The notes: a model not told the origin generated them from the letters alone. 64,000 bases of DNA from Amphiscolops sp. MND2022 (GCA_964187785.1 OZ076409.1:12960001-13024000), one strand, 5' to 3'. Positions 24,745-39,700 are shown, counted from the stretch's first letter. Numbers and translations are program-made.

Positions 24745-27700
24745 CTGCAAAACAAAGTTTCTGTTGAAAAACCGTTTTGCCTTATATGTCGTCGGCTTTC
24801 AAAATTTGTAACAAGAAATGTCATCACATCAAATGGAACATGTCAACTTGAACTAAAACTCTCATATTGAATGAAAATTCACGACTAGAAATTGCCAATT
24901 TGGAAAAACTAAAAGTCAATAAAAAACGGAAAATTGGTAAAATAAAAAATAAATGATGCCGATGAAAAGTTGCGACTTCGATGAAAATGAAATGAGACAT
25001 ATTTACCCTTTCCGTCTACAACAACGTAGAGCCCATATTCGGCTGGGTTGTGTGATATTTTTAGTTTGTGGGCGAGCATTATGCAGACATCTGTGGCTGA
25101 CATTCCAGGAGGAACTGGCAAAGTTTTTGATATTATGCTTTCCATTTTCTCATCAGGAACCACAATCTTGAGGAATCCCTGGATGTCCGAAATAGATGGC
25201 AGTTGGTGAGAACCTACATTGCCTCCTTGTAGGTTATCGGAGGCGTAGCAATCAGGGCTCCTGCGGGGCGAGGCGCTGTCCGAAAGCGATAGTTCGTTTT
25301 TCTGGAATTCGGACGCATTCGCTTCGAACATGGGCGATGTAGGGGTCCAACTAGCATGAGGTGGCATGTTTTTCAGAATGTACGCTGAAATGAAAACCCT
25401 TCCATTATTCGCGTCTGATACTAAAATTGGCTTCTGCAAGCTGCGGAATCAATTCACGTGATTTCCAGAAACAGAAAAAAGCCTCGTTCAGAACAATTTA
25501 ATGGGTTAACGGAATAGCCTGGACCCGTTGAAATTAATCTATTTATTAATCGTTTAAGCTAATCTATTAATCGTTTAAAATAACCGTTTAATCGGCATCA
25601 CATTCGTTCCCCAAAAAAGGCTATTTTCAACAAAAATTGTAGCGATGAACTGTTCAATTGAAATTCAATCGTATTTTCATTACCAAAAGTAGCTTCCGCG
25701 AATTTTCAATTTGACCAAAAAGTTGACAGTTTCCAACAGTCTGTCTGAACCGGCTGTGGTAGCCTTTATTCGTTCTTCAGTTTGGTTTTAAGACCATTGT
25801 AGAGAGCATCCATTCATCAATTGGGCTCGAGTCTAACTGTCAACTACATTTTGCTTTAACAATTTAAAATTTTGCAATTGATTTAGAATTAATTAACCCC
25901 AATGAACCTAGTGGTGCTTTAAAGCAGCCTGCCTTTTTTCCAAATTCTGATTCCTTTTGCCAGTAGCCCATTTTCTCTAGCAGTTTTTTTCAACAAGTAA
26001 TTGGTACCTAGATTGATTTGAATGGCACAAGCATTAGAAAAAAAGGAATATGTCTCCAAAGCTGAGAAAAATGGTTTTTTTTGCACAAAAAATAGTTATA
26101 TTTTCTCAAAATTCAGTTTTTGACGAAATCCAGTTTTCTCAAAAGTCTTCGATCAATAGAAAAAACAAACCACATACCCTTCCACAACAAGTCCTGGTGC
26201 AACAAACCCCTATAATATTCTGTTGTTACTACAAGCCCCCGAAGTGCGGAACTGCCGCGAAGCGGCGGTACCGGAAAAAGACTAAAATTCTGAAGGAAGG
26301 GGCGCGCGGCGACAGGGGCTCAGCTGACCAAAATGAAAGCCCAATATCAGAGCATTCAAACGCGCTATAGTTCGTTCCTCTGGTACGCGTAGTTGTGGAG
26401 ATATTAATGATTGAAAATTTTTTGTCAATTTTTTTGAAAACTTTAAAAAAACGCCCAGGTCAATTGGGGTTAACTCATGACTAAAACTTGCTGATTTGGA
26501 ATAGCTTAAAGTCATTAAAAAACGGAAAACTACCTAAAAATGATAAATCAAAAAAGGTAGTGGGAAGTATGAATATGGGAGCGCTAACCAGCACTGGACA
26601 AAGCCGTGAGGTAGTATCCAGGCTCACGGGTCTGCATGTGAGGTGGAAGAAATGCCCAAATATATTGTGTTTCCACCTCTACAGTGTGGAAATTGTATTG
26701 TGCCAGACAATAGATCAACATGGGAAGAAACTCCTCGGCACCCATGGACGTGCTCGCCTTCAAAGTGCCCCCTCCTCCAACTTCCACCTGTTAACAGTAA
26801 TCAACAAAAATTAACCATTTACGATTGATCACAGGGTTGACACCAAAAAGTGGTTTTTCGTGAACTTAACAAATTGTCTTGTTTTTTTCTTTCAAAAAAC
26901 AATGTTTTTAGTCGGCGCTTTCCCTAAAAGTGCCCGACTATTACAGCGGGTAGTTTTTTTACAGTTCATGGTCCACTTTTTTGTTCATTTGTTCAACTTC
27001 TTAGAAGAGGGGTTAACCCGGATTTTAGTTCGGATATAACGTTTTCCAAGTTCGGATGTGACGTTTTCAAAGTTCGGATGTGACGTTTTCAAAGTTCGGA
27101 TGCGACGTTTTCAAAGTTCGGATATAACGTTTTCATTTCTCGTATAACATTATCTGTTTTTCCCAAAATTTCACAATTTGCGTCCAACAATGCTTTAGGG
27201 GGTCAGGTTTTCAGTGCTATAAGACTTTTTTGGATTTTCGAAAAAATCTTTATTCAACAAGTGATACTAAAACCACGCCCCCCGGGTACACTTTGTGCCT
27301 TGAGCGGGGCGCCGACTGGAGCGTTTCCCGGCTTGTTTTTCGAAAAAGTGTATTTTTCAACTTACGTACAAAAACATCAATTATCATTCAATTGACGAAA
27401 TAAGAACAAGACGAGAACATCTAAAGCCGGCGCTATATCCAAGGCTCAAAAAGCACAAAGTTTTTAAAATATGCCCAGCACGTAAATATGAAAAGCTCAG
27501 AAAACAGTTTCGAGACACCCAAAGGGTGTCTTTCATGCTCGATAAAACTCGGAAACCACTTTTTCCCCAACTGGGAACAAAAAACTTCAGTCCAGCTCTT
27601 ACAGTGGCAAGTTTTTTGCACAGTTGAAAGATGTCTCTTGTACTGGTGTTTGTTGGGAAAAGGTAGTAACCGATCGAAATTTCCAAAAGTTCGAAATCTT

Positions 27701-30700
27701 GTCTCAAAAATTGCAGCTTTTGAAATTTTGAATTAGTTGGACCAAAGTTTTCTTCCAAAAAGCGCCGCTTAAGCGTTAGCGGGCCAGTCACAAGCGCAAC
27801 AAGCGACAAGCGCGTTTTTTTATGAAACCTAATTCACTGGTCAAAATGTAATCCAATTTACAACCTTTTGTTTAAAACTTTACAGTTTCTATTTCGAGTC
27901 AGAAAACATCGAAATGCAGGACATTGCACATGTTTCAGCAACAAATACCCCTCAGTTGAGCAAATTTAGTCTCGTAGATATTGACTTCCTCAACAACCTA
28001 CAATTTATTCACTTTCAACTACCACAACCTACTCATTTTCGAGGCCCCATATAAGGACTAACGCCGTCGTTTTCACAGATTCGCGTTTGAAAGCTAGTTT
28101 ACTTCATTTTACAATTTCATGTTTCATCTCAAAGTTTTTTGAGAACAGCTTGAACGTCCTAATTGGGACATAATTTGATGTCGAAGTTGTTAATATGCCA
28201 GAGGGCAGAAAATGGCAATTAATGTGAATGTGAGCTGATGTTTGAAGCAGTTAAAAGACGTTGTGAAGAGATAATAAAATAGAAAGTCAAAAACTTCAAC
28301 AATTGTCATTTCTAGTCTTAAGTGGCCTCTTTTCACAATCTCGAGATTTTGAATGGCACTAAACAAGTTACATTTAATTCAACGAGATTCAATGTACAAC
28401 CAATTGAACAATTACTCTTCTCAATCGAACACCTTCCATTGTTTCAAAACAAGACACAGCCAGTGCGCGCGTTGGTGTACGTACCACCGGACCAATCATC
28501 AGTTTTTTACATATGGCACAAATATTTCTCCGAAAAAAAGTTCGAGCAAAAAAGACAACGGCCCTGAAAATATTTTTTTCATCGCATAGAGGAAAGTTTA
28601 GTCTTGAACTCTTTTTACATGAAACAAGACCGTTGCTTCTGAAAACTCATTAATGAAAAGTCCGTGAGTGCTCGCTAAGTACCAACAAGTAGTAAGACGC
28701 AAGATATATTTCTACATGTCGAGATCCATTCTACGCAGATACATAAGGAAAGCAGCTCTGGGTCATTTCAGATTCATCAGATGTTCTTGGAGAAACTAAA
28801 TATTTTAGCAGCTTTTGCATCTTGTAAGCCTCGTCAACTAGATTTTAAAAACGATGAGATGATTTTTTGAGAATGAAAATGAAGACAAGGCGGTAGGCGT
28901 GGGAAGTTTGAAGGCTTGGATTAATCAATGGGGAGTACTACTAACGGAATTGTAGATGGTTTTTGAGGCAGCCAGAAGACAATCCATCTTTGCAGTAGGG
29001 GAGTAAGTGCAACACATCTTTTTGAAGTAGAACTTCACCGTGTACAGATGGTCTCCCTTGGGCGGAGTCAGCCGCGAAGGAATTCCCAGCTGTCTGAACG
29101 ATTTGCTTTTCGCGATTCTCAAGTTCGCCTGCATTTTGTCCAGATTGCCATTGCTGAAACAAAGATAACAACTTGAACTTAGCTCACTCAAAGGCTACTG
29201 CTATGCCAGCCTGCCATTTGCCTATGTAAACACGCATGATTACATGATTCGGAAAGAGTAATTTCAAAAATTAGAACATAACTCACTATCTCAAAGTCAT
29301 GAAAAGTCGTCACCCGATTTTTTCTTCTGATAGACAGACATGCGGCATGGTTGTTATGCGAATGATGCGACATGATAACTGACAACATGCCAGTCAGTTT
29401 TATGAGTTACGTCCTAATTTCTAAAATTACTCTTTCCGAATCATGATTGAAATGTTGACCTCTTAGAATGATGTAAGGTCGTGGCTGAATGTAACGTGAA
29501 AGTAGCGGAAAGTACAGTTAGTGGTGTATCGCTGAAACTAAGTTTAGAGATGAAAGGCGTGCGCGCACTATCTTAGCCGATACAATCACTCATTCACAGA
29601 CAGGAGAGGAGGAGGAGGTCACAGTTTGCGAGATGATTGTTTGAAGAAAAACAAAGTGAAGGTCATTGGAAATTTGGAAACAAACAGCATGAAGAGAAGT
29701 TTGCTGGTGGCTCGGCGGGAACCGAGTGAAGCAGTTGTTGGGCGACTGTCAAGTTGTTGCATTGAAATAATGTTGCTGACATTCTTGTTCTGTTTGTTGC
29801 TGACTAGGATTAAAAGTTCAGCATGTGAAAAGTTCAGCTCATTGATCAAATTCAAACTGTCTTTCACTCTATATAAGAAACGACATGCTTCTTGCCGTAC
29901 ATATATTTGTGTGCATTCACCAAATGTATGTACACGGACAGACAGAGCCAGAACAACTCGACTGTTAGCTGGTTCTGCGACTGCTTCTGTTGCTATCGGA
30001 CTGTATTGGCACATGGAATGTTTTGAGGAACATTGTTGGCTGCAGCAGTGCAGCACCATACAGATGGTGGTGCTGTGCTATTAAATTGGTTGACTGCTTG
30101 CTTGGTAAGTTAGTTTAGGGCATTGACCTGTTAGGAGCGTGGAAACGGATTTGAATTATTATTGTGTATTGCTCTTCCCCGCTACATATATTCAGACATT
30201 TTATTTCACGCCACTGAAGCGACCCGTCGTGGCCGTAACCCTGCTTCTTTTCCCAACGCTTCCTTCACTTTCTCCCACCATTAATCTCGGCCCATTTCCA
30301 CCTACACCTTCTACACACACCAACACTGCACATCATACCATGTAGTCTCAGCTACATGCACTCTGTTTCTACAATGCCATGTAATCTAGCAGCAACAGGA
30401 GCGTCGTCATCCTATAGCACCACAATTGAGTGTCTCTAGTCTGCTGCCGTATCCCTGTTCCATTATATTTCCCATCTTTCCCTCTTCTTTTTCCTTTTTC
30501 TTTTTTTCTTGCGACGCCGCTGTCACCATACGCAACAACATTCCATGTATGAAAATGCAGCAGAAACGACCCTTTGCTTGCACACTTCTACATGTAATTC
30601 TGCAGTTGATGATGCCGCAGCGACGTAATGTCTCAATGGTGGTTTCTTTTTTTGTTATGGTATTATCAGTGTCGTTTTAATACACCAAAAATGCAATCAA

Positions 30701-33700
30701 CAAAAGTAAAACAATAACTAGAATCACAATCTGCAATCCATACCGTGAACTGTACCACCCCGAATGCATATTTTAACAGCAAACGATGGAGCCATATACT
30801 TTTTTGAGCATGACTGACTTCAAAAACTTCAGTTTTAGGCCCATCTAATCAGGCATTTTTCCTTACATTTAAGAATCATCCACAGCTTTCTTTAAATTAC
30901 GGGTGTCAACAAAGATTTTGGTTTCGGTTTCATGGATAGGTGTTTTTCCAAGCACTAACTCATGATACTTAATACAAAGGCCTTTGCCATAACCTAAGCG
31001 TGAAAATCTATTTATTCACACTTTTTGTCTTGGTAATGAAACTTTCCAAAACCGGAAACAGAAAAATTCAAGTTAGCCTATTTACATCATTTGGAGACAG
31101 CAACATTTTTGCATTTTTCAGCCTCAAACCAGTCTTTATCATGACGATCATGATAGTAAAACAGCCTGAACGGAAAGTAACTTTCTCAACTGTTTCAAAA
31201 TCGTTTCCAGTAAAATCATTAATTTCACAAAGTTCCATAATTCTTTCAATCTCCACAGTCCCTCAGTAGCCAATTGTGAAGACGATTAAACTAAACCGAC
31301 AGTTATTCAGCAGGACTTACTATCGCCTCGACTTTGTTGACACTCAGAAAAACATGAATTGAACTTAAAAACGGTTTGTTCCAACAAATGCGCAGCTTTA
31401 ATTGAAAAGTTTTAACTCATTCTTTTCAGCGTCAATGGATCGCCACGATTGTCTTACCAAGTGGTTGCTTTTCATTAATGTTGGATGGATTTCTGCCAAT
31501 GTTACATGTGGACACCATGTGATGATATAATCATTCGTTTTCAATTCAGATCAAGATCAAATGTTTCATTTCCCCCAAATGCTGGTCGGCGAATTGAATG
31601 CGGACTATAAATTTGAAAAAAGTCGCGGTCTTGGCGAGAAAAAAAACGTAAAAACAAACGTATGATCAATTCATCTACTGGAAAATTTTTGGGTTAAAAA
31701 GCCATCAACAAACCAGAGAAGTGAAAATATACCCCTAGGAGAATTCACGAATATGTACTAAAATTTCATGTAGCTACTTTTCAAAGTTTGAGTAACACTT
31801 GGTCAAAAATTGGAAAGAATTATAAAAACCAAAGTTTTCCTTAACTATACCGTCTTAAAATCTGAAGAAAGTCCTTCATCCCATCTTGGTAGTTTAGTCA
31901 TGAAAGAAATACGTTTTAGGCGGTAATTAAAACAAAAATTAAAAAAGCGACAGCGAGCAATCAGAACTTCGTGACCATGAGTAGGTCTCAGAGAAAACCA
32001 GTTCCAAGCTTATTATTGCTTGACCACATGACTGCAAATATGGTACCATGGCTTGCCCATGGAAATGACCAACTGTCTTTCCAACTTTCGAATCTTTTCC
32101 TATTGGATTACAAATATTTTGGAGGTTTGTGATGTATAAGTATCCACAAATCTCAACAACAAAAGAAATGGCTAACCGCATACTTTTTGAAAAATAAATT
32201 AAATGAATCAAATATTTCAATTTCCGATCGTTTTTTGTGAAGTCTGCACTTTTCAATAGTTTGTACTTCACTCAAAATTGTAGTTTATTGGCTACGGCGG
32301 AACCTTAAAAACATGTCGTTGCTGAAATAGTGCTCAGTGGGCGTTTTGCAATTTTTTCGCGGGATACATTTTGGTTTGAATAAAATTAACTTGTTTTTCA
32401 TCAACCTCGCCAGTCAAAATAAAAGCGAGGAGTTATAATCACGCTTCTTTGGCCAGATGCAGTTCGCTTTTGGATTCATGTTAGTTTTATGGCACCCTTT
32501 CTGAGAGTGATCTTATTGTAACATTATTCAACTCAAAGTTTTGACACCGCTTATCACCGATTTAGCGGCCGCAGAGAATTTTTTCAGCGATTTCATTAGC
32601 GGTAACTAATAAAATGTCCAAATTCAAAATTTCCTCTGAGTATACCGGGATTTACAAAATAAACTTCAAAAAATTCCAACTCTTACCTTCGTAAAACCCA
32701 CACAGTATTAAAAAAACTTGTTTGGTTTGTTTTTAGCAAAACTAATTTAGGTTACAATTCAATTTTGAAAAATACTAGAAGCCAAACGATGAATAGTTAA
32801 GAGAAAACCTTTTTAAACGAAATAATGGTTCAACAATTAGCGGAAAAAATTAGCGACGTCAAAACACTGATTCAACTACTTGTTATTCGAATGAATTGTT
32901 TCTGTTTAGGCTTTTACGTCTAATAGTCTGTTTTTAGTCGGCGCTTTTATTAATAAAAAGGCCAGACTATTACAGTCACTCGTTTTTTAGTCGGCGCTTT
33001 CAGTTACTCCATTTTTATCGTAAGATACAAAACCGGACGAGACTATAGGGTCCCCCTTTGAGTTTTTTCGGCACTGTGCGACTTTTTTTCGAATTTTTTT
33101 TGTCTCCAAAGGGTCCCCCCTTCAAGTTTTTTGATATTTTACAGCAAACTAAAGTTTGGAAAAGCCCAAAGGGTCTCCCCTTCCAAGTTTTTCGGCACTC
33201 TGAGACTGGCTCAAAATTTTCATTTTTCGATTTTTCGTTTTTTTGAAAATTTTTTAATGTCTCGAAAGGGTGCCCCCTTCAATTTTTTAAATATTTTGCA
33301 ACATAATAGATATTTCACAATCCCAAATGGTCCCCTCTTTTAGATTTTTCGGCACTATGAGACTGTTCAAAATTGTTATTTTTTGTCTGAAATTAGGTTT
33401 TCTCAGTATATATCTACAAAATTTTTTTTCCAAAACTATCCGAAACTTGGACCTAATATCCTGAGTAAAGCGCTATATCCGAATTATATTCCGTTTTATC
33501 AAGGAGGAGGCGGAGGTTCGAAAAGCGCTCCCATTTGGGCCAGCACGCTATATCCGAAGTTATAGACGTTACACCCCGCAACAAACTGGATTTGCAAAAA
33601 ACCCAAAGGGTCCCCCCTTTTACAATTTCAAAAAGTTTTAGATATGGCGCCGAATTCAGACGTTCCCGTCTTGTTTTTTAAAGACAGACTCGAAGCGACG

Positions 33701-36700
33701 AACGTTAACGTTCAACTAAAGAAAACTAAATAGTTCGTTATTTCGGTTTTTTCGACACTGTGCGACTTTTTCTCTATTTTTTTTGTCTCCAAAGGGTCCC
33801 CCCGCTCCTTCGATTTTATTTGAGCCTTAGATATAGCGCCGACTTGAGATGTTCCCGTCTTGTTCCACTTTTGGTAGAAAACAATCATGAGCACGAAGCA
33901 TCAGATCAGATGATACTTTCATGAACTCGAAATTTACAAGTTTCGTCGTCTTCAAATGGTTTGTTTAATGGCCGGTACAAAGATTAGCAAGTAATTCTAT
34001 AAGAGACAGGAAGAGATGACAAGACAGGGCGAAGAAATGCGATTTGGAAAGCAGTGATTGCAACCAATCTGTATCAATCTGTCAGTTAATTGCACAATAC
34101 CTGCGATGATGTTCGATTAATGACGTCATGATGGTGACGTAAAGCTGTTTTAGCACAGTTCGGTACAGGGCATCTTCAGTTATCACATCCATGTTCAGGA
34201 ATTCGTTGTCTCTCAACTGAAACGGTCAAACATCGATGTTTGCATTAACAACTAAACGGGTCGACGGCCCAGCTTTAGTTTGACACAGTCAACTGATTTG
34301 GAACTTCTCACGACTCTATGAATGGAGGCCCTATGAATAACATCCACCATTTCTCAAATTTCAAAACCATTGCAAGAGCCGTAAAGAGCAGATATGGGTT
34401 GCACTAGCTGCAATGTGCACGTGAAATCTTCACTCTTAATTGGGTTGAAAGCTGACCGACCTTATTAGGAGATTGAAAGGATAAATGAGCGAACACCAAC
34501 CTTTGCCCGTTCTCTGTCAATAAGATCGGAGAGACTTTTCTCGTTTGGAGATTGCAGATAATACTTCAAAGAATTCATTTCGCTTCTGACCTAAAACAAC
34601 ACACCATATGTTGAACGTATTGTATCTCCTGTCAATTTTGGCGGAAGAAAGTTCAAAAATTCTCAATGAAAATCCGGGCACAACATAGCTGAGAATATTC
34701 GTAGTTCACATAAATGTGGGAAATTATTATATTCCATAAAAATCTTCAATGCTGTAGTTGACTCAGCAGTTTTCATTCGAGAATTCAAATGACAAAACCA
34801 TGGGTAAATGACATTCGCAGAATCGATATTTTGATTACATGCGATAGACAAAATATGATATTTCCCATCAAGGAGCAGAGTCCAACTCAATGATGCCTCT
34901 GAACAAACTATGGACTTTAAATTAAAACTAATTTAAGATGACCTGTAGACACAGTTTTTATTGATTTCACTCCAGTCAAAATCTTTAACGACATGACACT
35001 GACTTGTCATTAGAGCAATGCAAACATACTTTTTTCTTATCAACTGTTTTTGAACACAAAAAAATGAGAAGACTAACTTGATTGAGCAAAATGCTTTGGT
35101 CACTTTCTTTTGCATATTTATCCACAGTATTTTTGATGAGACGTGAGAAGTTTGAGTTGGGGTCGTTGGCTAAATTCATAATGCAGTCTCTGATTTTAGT
35201 GGACGAATTTTTTCCTCTTCTTCTGAGGTAAGCCCAGATTCGTGGCACCTTCCATGACGCCGGAATATAAGGGTGTCTCTTCTGGATTCGGTTGGCTCTG
35301 GCGTTGGAAACAGAGGTTGAGACTGGAGCATTCACGTTTTCAAGCAAATACGCAGCCGAAGATTGGGTCAGAGGGTGGTCCTCTTGTGATTCAGAGGGCG
35401 AAAGGTTGTCGTTGTTCTCTAAACTTATAGTGTTGGGGTTTTTCTTGCGAGGTAGAGTAGGAGCGTCGGTGGTGACCGCTGCGGCCGATTTGAAATCGGA
35501 GGTGCCCAGGAACCAAGTGCCGAACGAGTTTGGACTCATTCCTCCGCGGGAGGGCGCGTCGCAGAACTTACTGCGGCCTCTGTCGTAGAGACCAGAAAGA
35601 ACTTTGGTAGAAGCCAGGATTGATGAAGAGGAGCTTCTTTCCGACTGATTAACACTTCGTATACTCTCACAGGAGCTGGCGGTAATTGGGGTTGCTGTGG
35701 TTGTGACAGTGTGGTTTGCAGAGAAGTTTTCACTAGAGTTGTACTTCGGCTGATGATTGGTTGCGGTAGCACGGTGTAGTTCGCTCGATGTTATGTGCCC
35801 TCTGTTCGCGCCCACAGGGGCACTGATTAGGTTTTTGAATGGATTATTCGAAGAGAGAATCATCGAGTCAGACGATAAGATAGAAGTGTCGTCTGAGAAA
35901 GCACCGGCGCTTATTCTGTTCACGTTGCAATTGCCTTTCGCAGAAGCGCCTTGATGACGACTGCACTGTGGGTAATCTATGAACGGACCGGGTGAATTGC
36001 TCCACATTTTAGATAATGACTCCTCTTCATTCGATTCTGGGAATGTGAAGGGGTTGGAACTGTTGATTGGAGACGTATGCGCAAAACCTACGCTTTGCAC
36101 TCTCTGTGATTTATCTTTCATGTCGTTAGACGGACACGATTTTGAATAGGACTCAGTGTGAATCAACGATAATTCGTTATTGAACCTCTTCTGTGCACAA
36201 ATTTTGTCAGCATTTCTGGACGCGGAGGTTCCCTGATTATTTTGGAACAACTTGCGCTCAAAAACATTTCTAGATGACGTGTCGTAGCCACTGTCACTGG
36301 GCGTTGCCTTGGGACTTTGAAGCTCGCTTTCCATGGTAGGTAGATTCAAGGTTCCCACAAACGGAGATGTGATGTGAGTGGCATTTATTGAATGGTGTTT
36401 GTCTGAAGAGGTTTTCCGGTCCCTGTACGCAGGACTGAACTGATGCATTGTAGAAGTACCATTAGGGGGGTTCATGGAAGTACTATTAAATAAGCCTAAC
36501 CCGCCACTGCCATCTAACATGTCTGGGGGTGCATATTCACGAAGCTTGTCCAGGGTTTCGAAGTTGGAAGCTGTGGTCGCAGGGGTTACAACAGTTGCGG
36601 ACGTTGTCGTGTTGGAACAATGAGAGGAGGAAGAGATGATTTTGGATTCCATGTCTTGTTTGATTAGTTGACGAATTTCGTCCGTCTTCGGTGGAATTTT

Positions 36701-39700
36701 GGGAGGGTCCAAGCATATGCTACTACCACTTCCGAAAGGGTCCTCTAGTTCATCTTCGCAAGAAGCGGTCCTAGAATTAAAAATTACCATAATAGTTTGA
36801 AACAAGTCGGTAACGGCATAAGTTGGCGCCCTTTGGAAAAAAATGCCAAAAAACCACACATGGCTTTGTAATTGGAATAAATGTCAAAAAATTGTTCCTC
36901 TTAACGTCTTAGGCTCAAAGTAGATATTTTTGTAGACTTTTTTGGTCACTTCGACCAGATTTAAGAAACGCTATCTACAATAGCCACGTTTTATTCCATG
37001 AAGCGCCGAATAAAAAGGAACTCCATTTCATGATGAAGACCATGTTACTTTTACACAAAATGCATCTTTCCGAGTAGTGAGTTAAGAAGTATCTGCTATG
37101 GGAACGAAGTTGTTCACACTGGAATAAAGCTAACCTAATGGTTGTTCTTCCCAAAGTGGCGGGGTCAGTAGCGGGATCAGAAGCTACGTCGTCTGAGTTG
37201 GAGCCACCGGCAGCTGAACTGTCGAATTCAGACTCACTGTTGATTGGTTGGTGCCAGAAACGCTCACCCGTGAACCAAAACTGGGTCAGTTCCGGCCGGC
37301 TGGCCCTTTCTATACTTTTCGGTAATCGCAGTTTACAAGGTAAGCCGTCGTTCTTCTCGTGATAATGTTGAAGTAACGAAACTATGTCAACGAATGACTG
37401 CTCAGCTTCGTTTATTTGCAATCCTGAAATGAATTTGCCTTAGATTGAAAGTTGCAACTATTTGAACCTAGGCTCCGCAGAATTTCACTCGGCGTAAAAC
37501 CCTGTGTCGCCGAAGATAAAAGCGTGAAATAACTCAGTTTTGGTTCAAAATTAGGTAATAAGGCGTGAAATGGAATAAAAAACACTAAAAACGTCTTTTG
37601 GGCAGGAAAATTTAGTTTTTTCGTTTCCTTATTAGCACCGATACAGCAAAGTTTCTACAGCCAGCTGAAACTTCTGAACCAATGAATGTCAAAATTTAGA
37701 TTTTGAAACTCAAAAGATTGTTTTTGTATGTCAAATGCCAAACGAAAAAAAAAGACATTTTGATCAAGAGAATGCGTGAAACTACACCTGCGTGACACGA
37801 AATCGTGAAATTTAATGGCCCTTCAGCGTGAATTTCTGCAGAGCTTACTTGAACAGTTAATTATTATTATTATTGACCGACTGATTATGACTAACCTAAT
37901 GCCGTATTGATAATGAGGAAATGTTCAACGAGGCTCTCTTCCTCTGAATTGTTGGACCTCAACGAGAGGGCCATGGTACCAGGTCGACTTGAATGGCGTA
38001 CGATGAAGTTTCCTGGTTGTCTGTTGTGGAGATACTCAATGGCTTTCTGTCGAGTGACTTTGGGCAGGTACCAAATAGTGTACGACTGCATGAGGCGGAA
38101 CCTGAGGTCAATTTCCCGCGTTGATGAGCAGTTGGTTGATGCTGATGTGGGCGGTGGCATAGGAGTATCTACTGCTCCCATCACACATTGGCCGCCTCTC
38201 AGGGTCATGCTGTGGTGAGCAGATTGTGGAAACCCTCCCAAGTTGGAGGTTGCGGCGGCGGCAACGGCCGTGGTTGCGCTGGGAGCTGGTAACGTCATCA
38301 CTTCACTGCCTTGTTTCAGCGGGGGTGGAGTGGAGAATCTGGTGTGGCTCCAGTGATGGTTCTGGGCGCTGCTGGACCGGCTGCTACAAGTTTGGTTGCT
38401 AGGGTTCGGATAGGAGCGGTCTTCCCTTTCGAACGAGATCGAAGGTGTGAGGTGGGCGGCACTAGTGCAGCTAGAAGCGGCGGCTGTATGATACGAAAGT
38501 TTTGGAGACAGGTACGTGTCGCTTTGTTGTTCATTATTGGAGCTGCTCTCAGCTCCTAAACAGTAGGTCTTCTCCAGGAACAAGGAGATCTCCCGTCCCG
38601 TTTCGTCATTGGGATAAACTTGAGGGGGATGGAGAAATTCGTGGTCGTCAAATGAAGTTGAAATGTTTTCTTGTCCCGCTCTTCTTTGTGCACACTAAAC
38701 AGAAGCAGTAAATTTGATGCATAAAATGCAGTACAAATAAGCTGTGGTCCAATTGCTATTGGAAGAGACGTCGTTTCCTCTCGCTGAAACGAAGAGTTTA
38801 TACAATATTTACTCACAAACACAATCAAATTGTACCATGAATGGAAATTCACTCTAGTTTTTATTGCAGCCAATGTCCGTACAGGTGTTGGTGAAACCAA
38901 AGGCTTCAAAGTGCTCAATCGCCGGCATCTCTCAACCATTTCATATTTATGAAGAACTGTCATATCAATATTGAATAATGTAAAAAGGATACCACAATAC
39001 GAGTTTTCTACTTTGAAATCGACAAACATACCAAACGTGCAAATGCTGCATTTTTAACAGACTGCTGACCATATTTTCAGTTTGACACCGCAGAGTTTTT
39101 TCTTTCAACTAACTTGCTTTAATGAAGCAGTTTGCAAAGCGACACTGATAACGGCCACAAGAGCTGCTTTTGACGCCAAGAAACGCAAATATTGATTTTG
39201 AAACCTTGTTATTCTCTCGACATTTCGAAGAACACCATAGACAAACACGTAACGCAATCAATTCACAAAACGCATCAATGAAATTTTTACTCCATGCACA
39301 ATTATGTGACGAAAATGTCCCTTTGTAGGAGTAAATTTTGAAGTTGCAGGCTCAATTGTCTACGACACAAAAGAATGGAACTACTGAGGAGACCGAAAAA
39401 AGAGAACATGACAAAACAAATCACAACACGCCCCTGTTGGCACCATACTAAGGAATCCGATCCAATCAAAGGCATTCTTTGAAGTCTCAAGTAATTTTGC
39501 CATAGGAGAGTTGACAAAATTGAAGATCAGTAAATGATTGATTATTCGAAAAAATCCTTCAAGCTGGAAGCCCTGCAAAATTATTTTTTGATCATTCGAA
39601 AGGCTCAAACCACTATGAAACTATGGAATTTGAGAACACGGCTAAATATCACAGGTGATACAGATGTCTTGCTGACTCATAGGATGACTGAAAGGTCTTT

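Noticed and set aside
26235..26400. Third HINE or Helitron family suggested by hairpin CTGCCGC-GAA-GCGGCGG
   Set aside because: Single occurrence with no matching subTIR or defined second end.
27027..27135. CRISPR array
   Set aside because: Repeats are adjacent with no unique spacers, there are no cas genes, and the context is a eukaryotic intron.
34985..36859. Stand-alone 624 aa gene from the ORF track
   Set aside because: It is RIN exon 7 plus read-through into intron on both sides; the splice sites at 36770 and 35078 fit the neighbouring exon phases.
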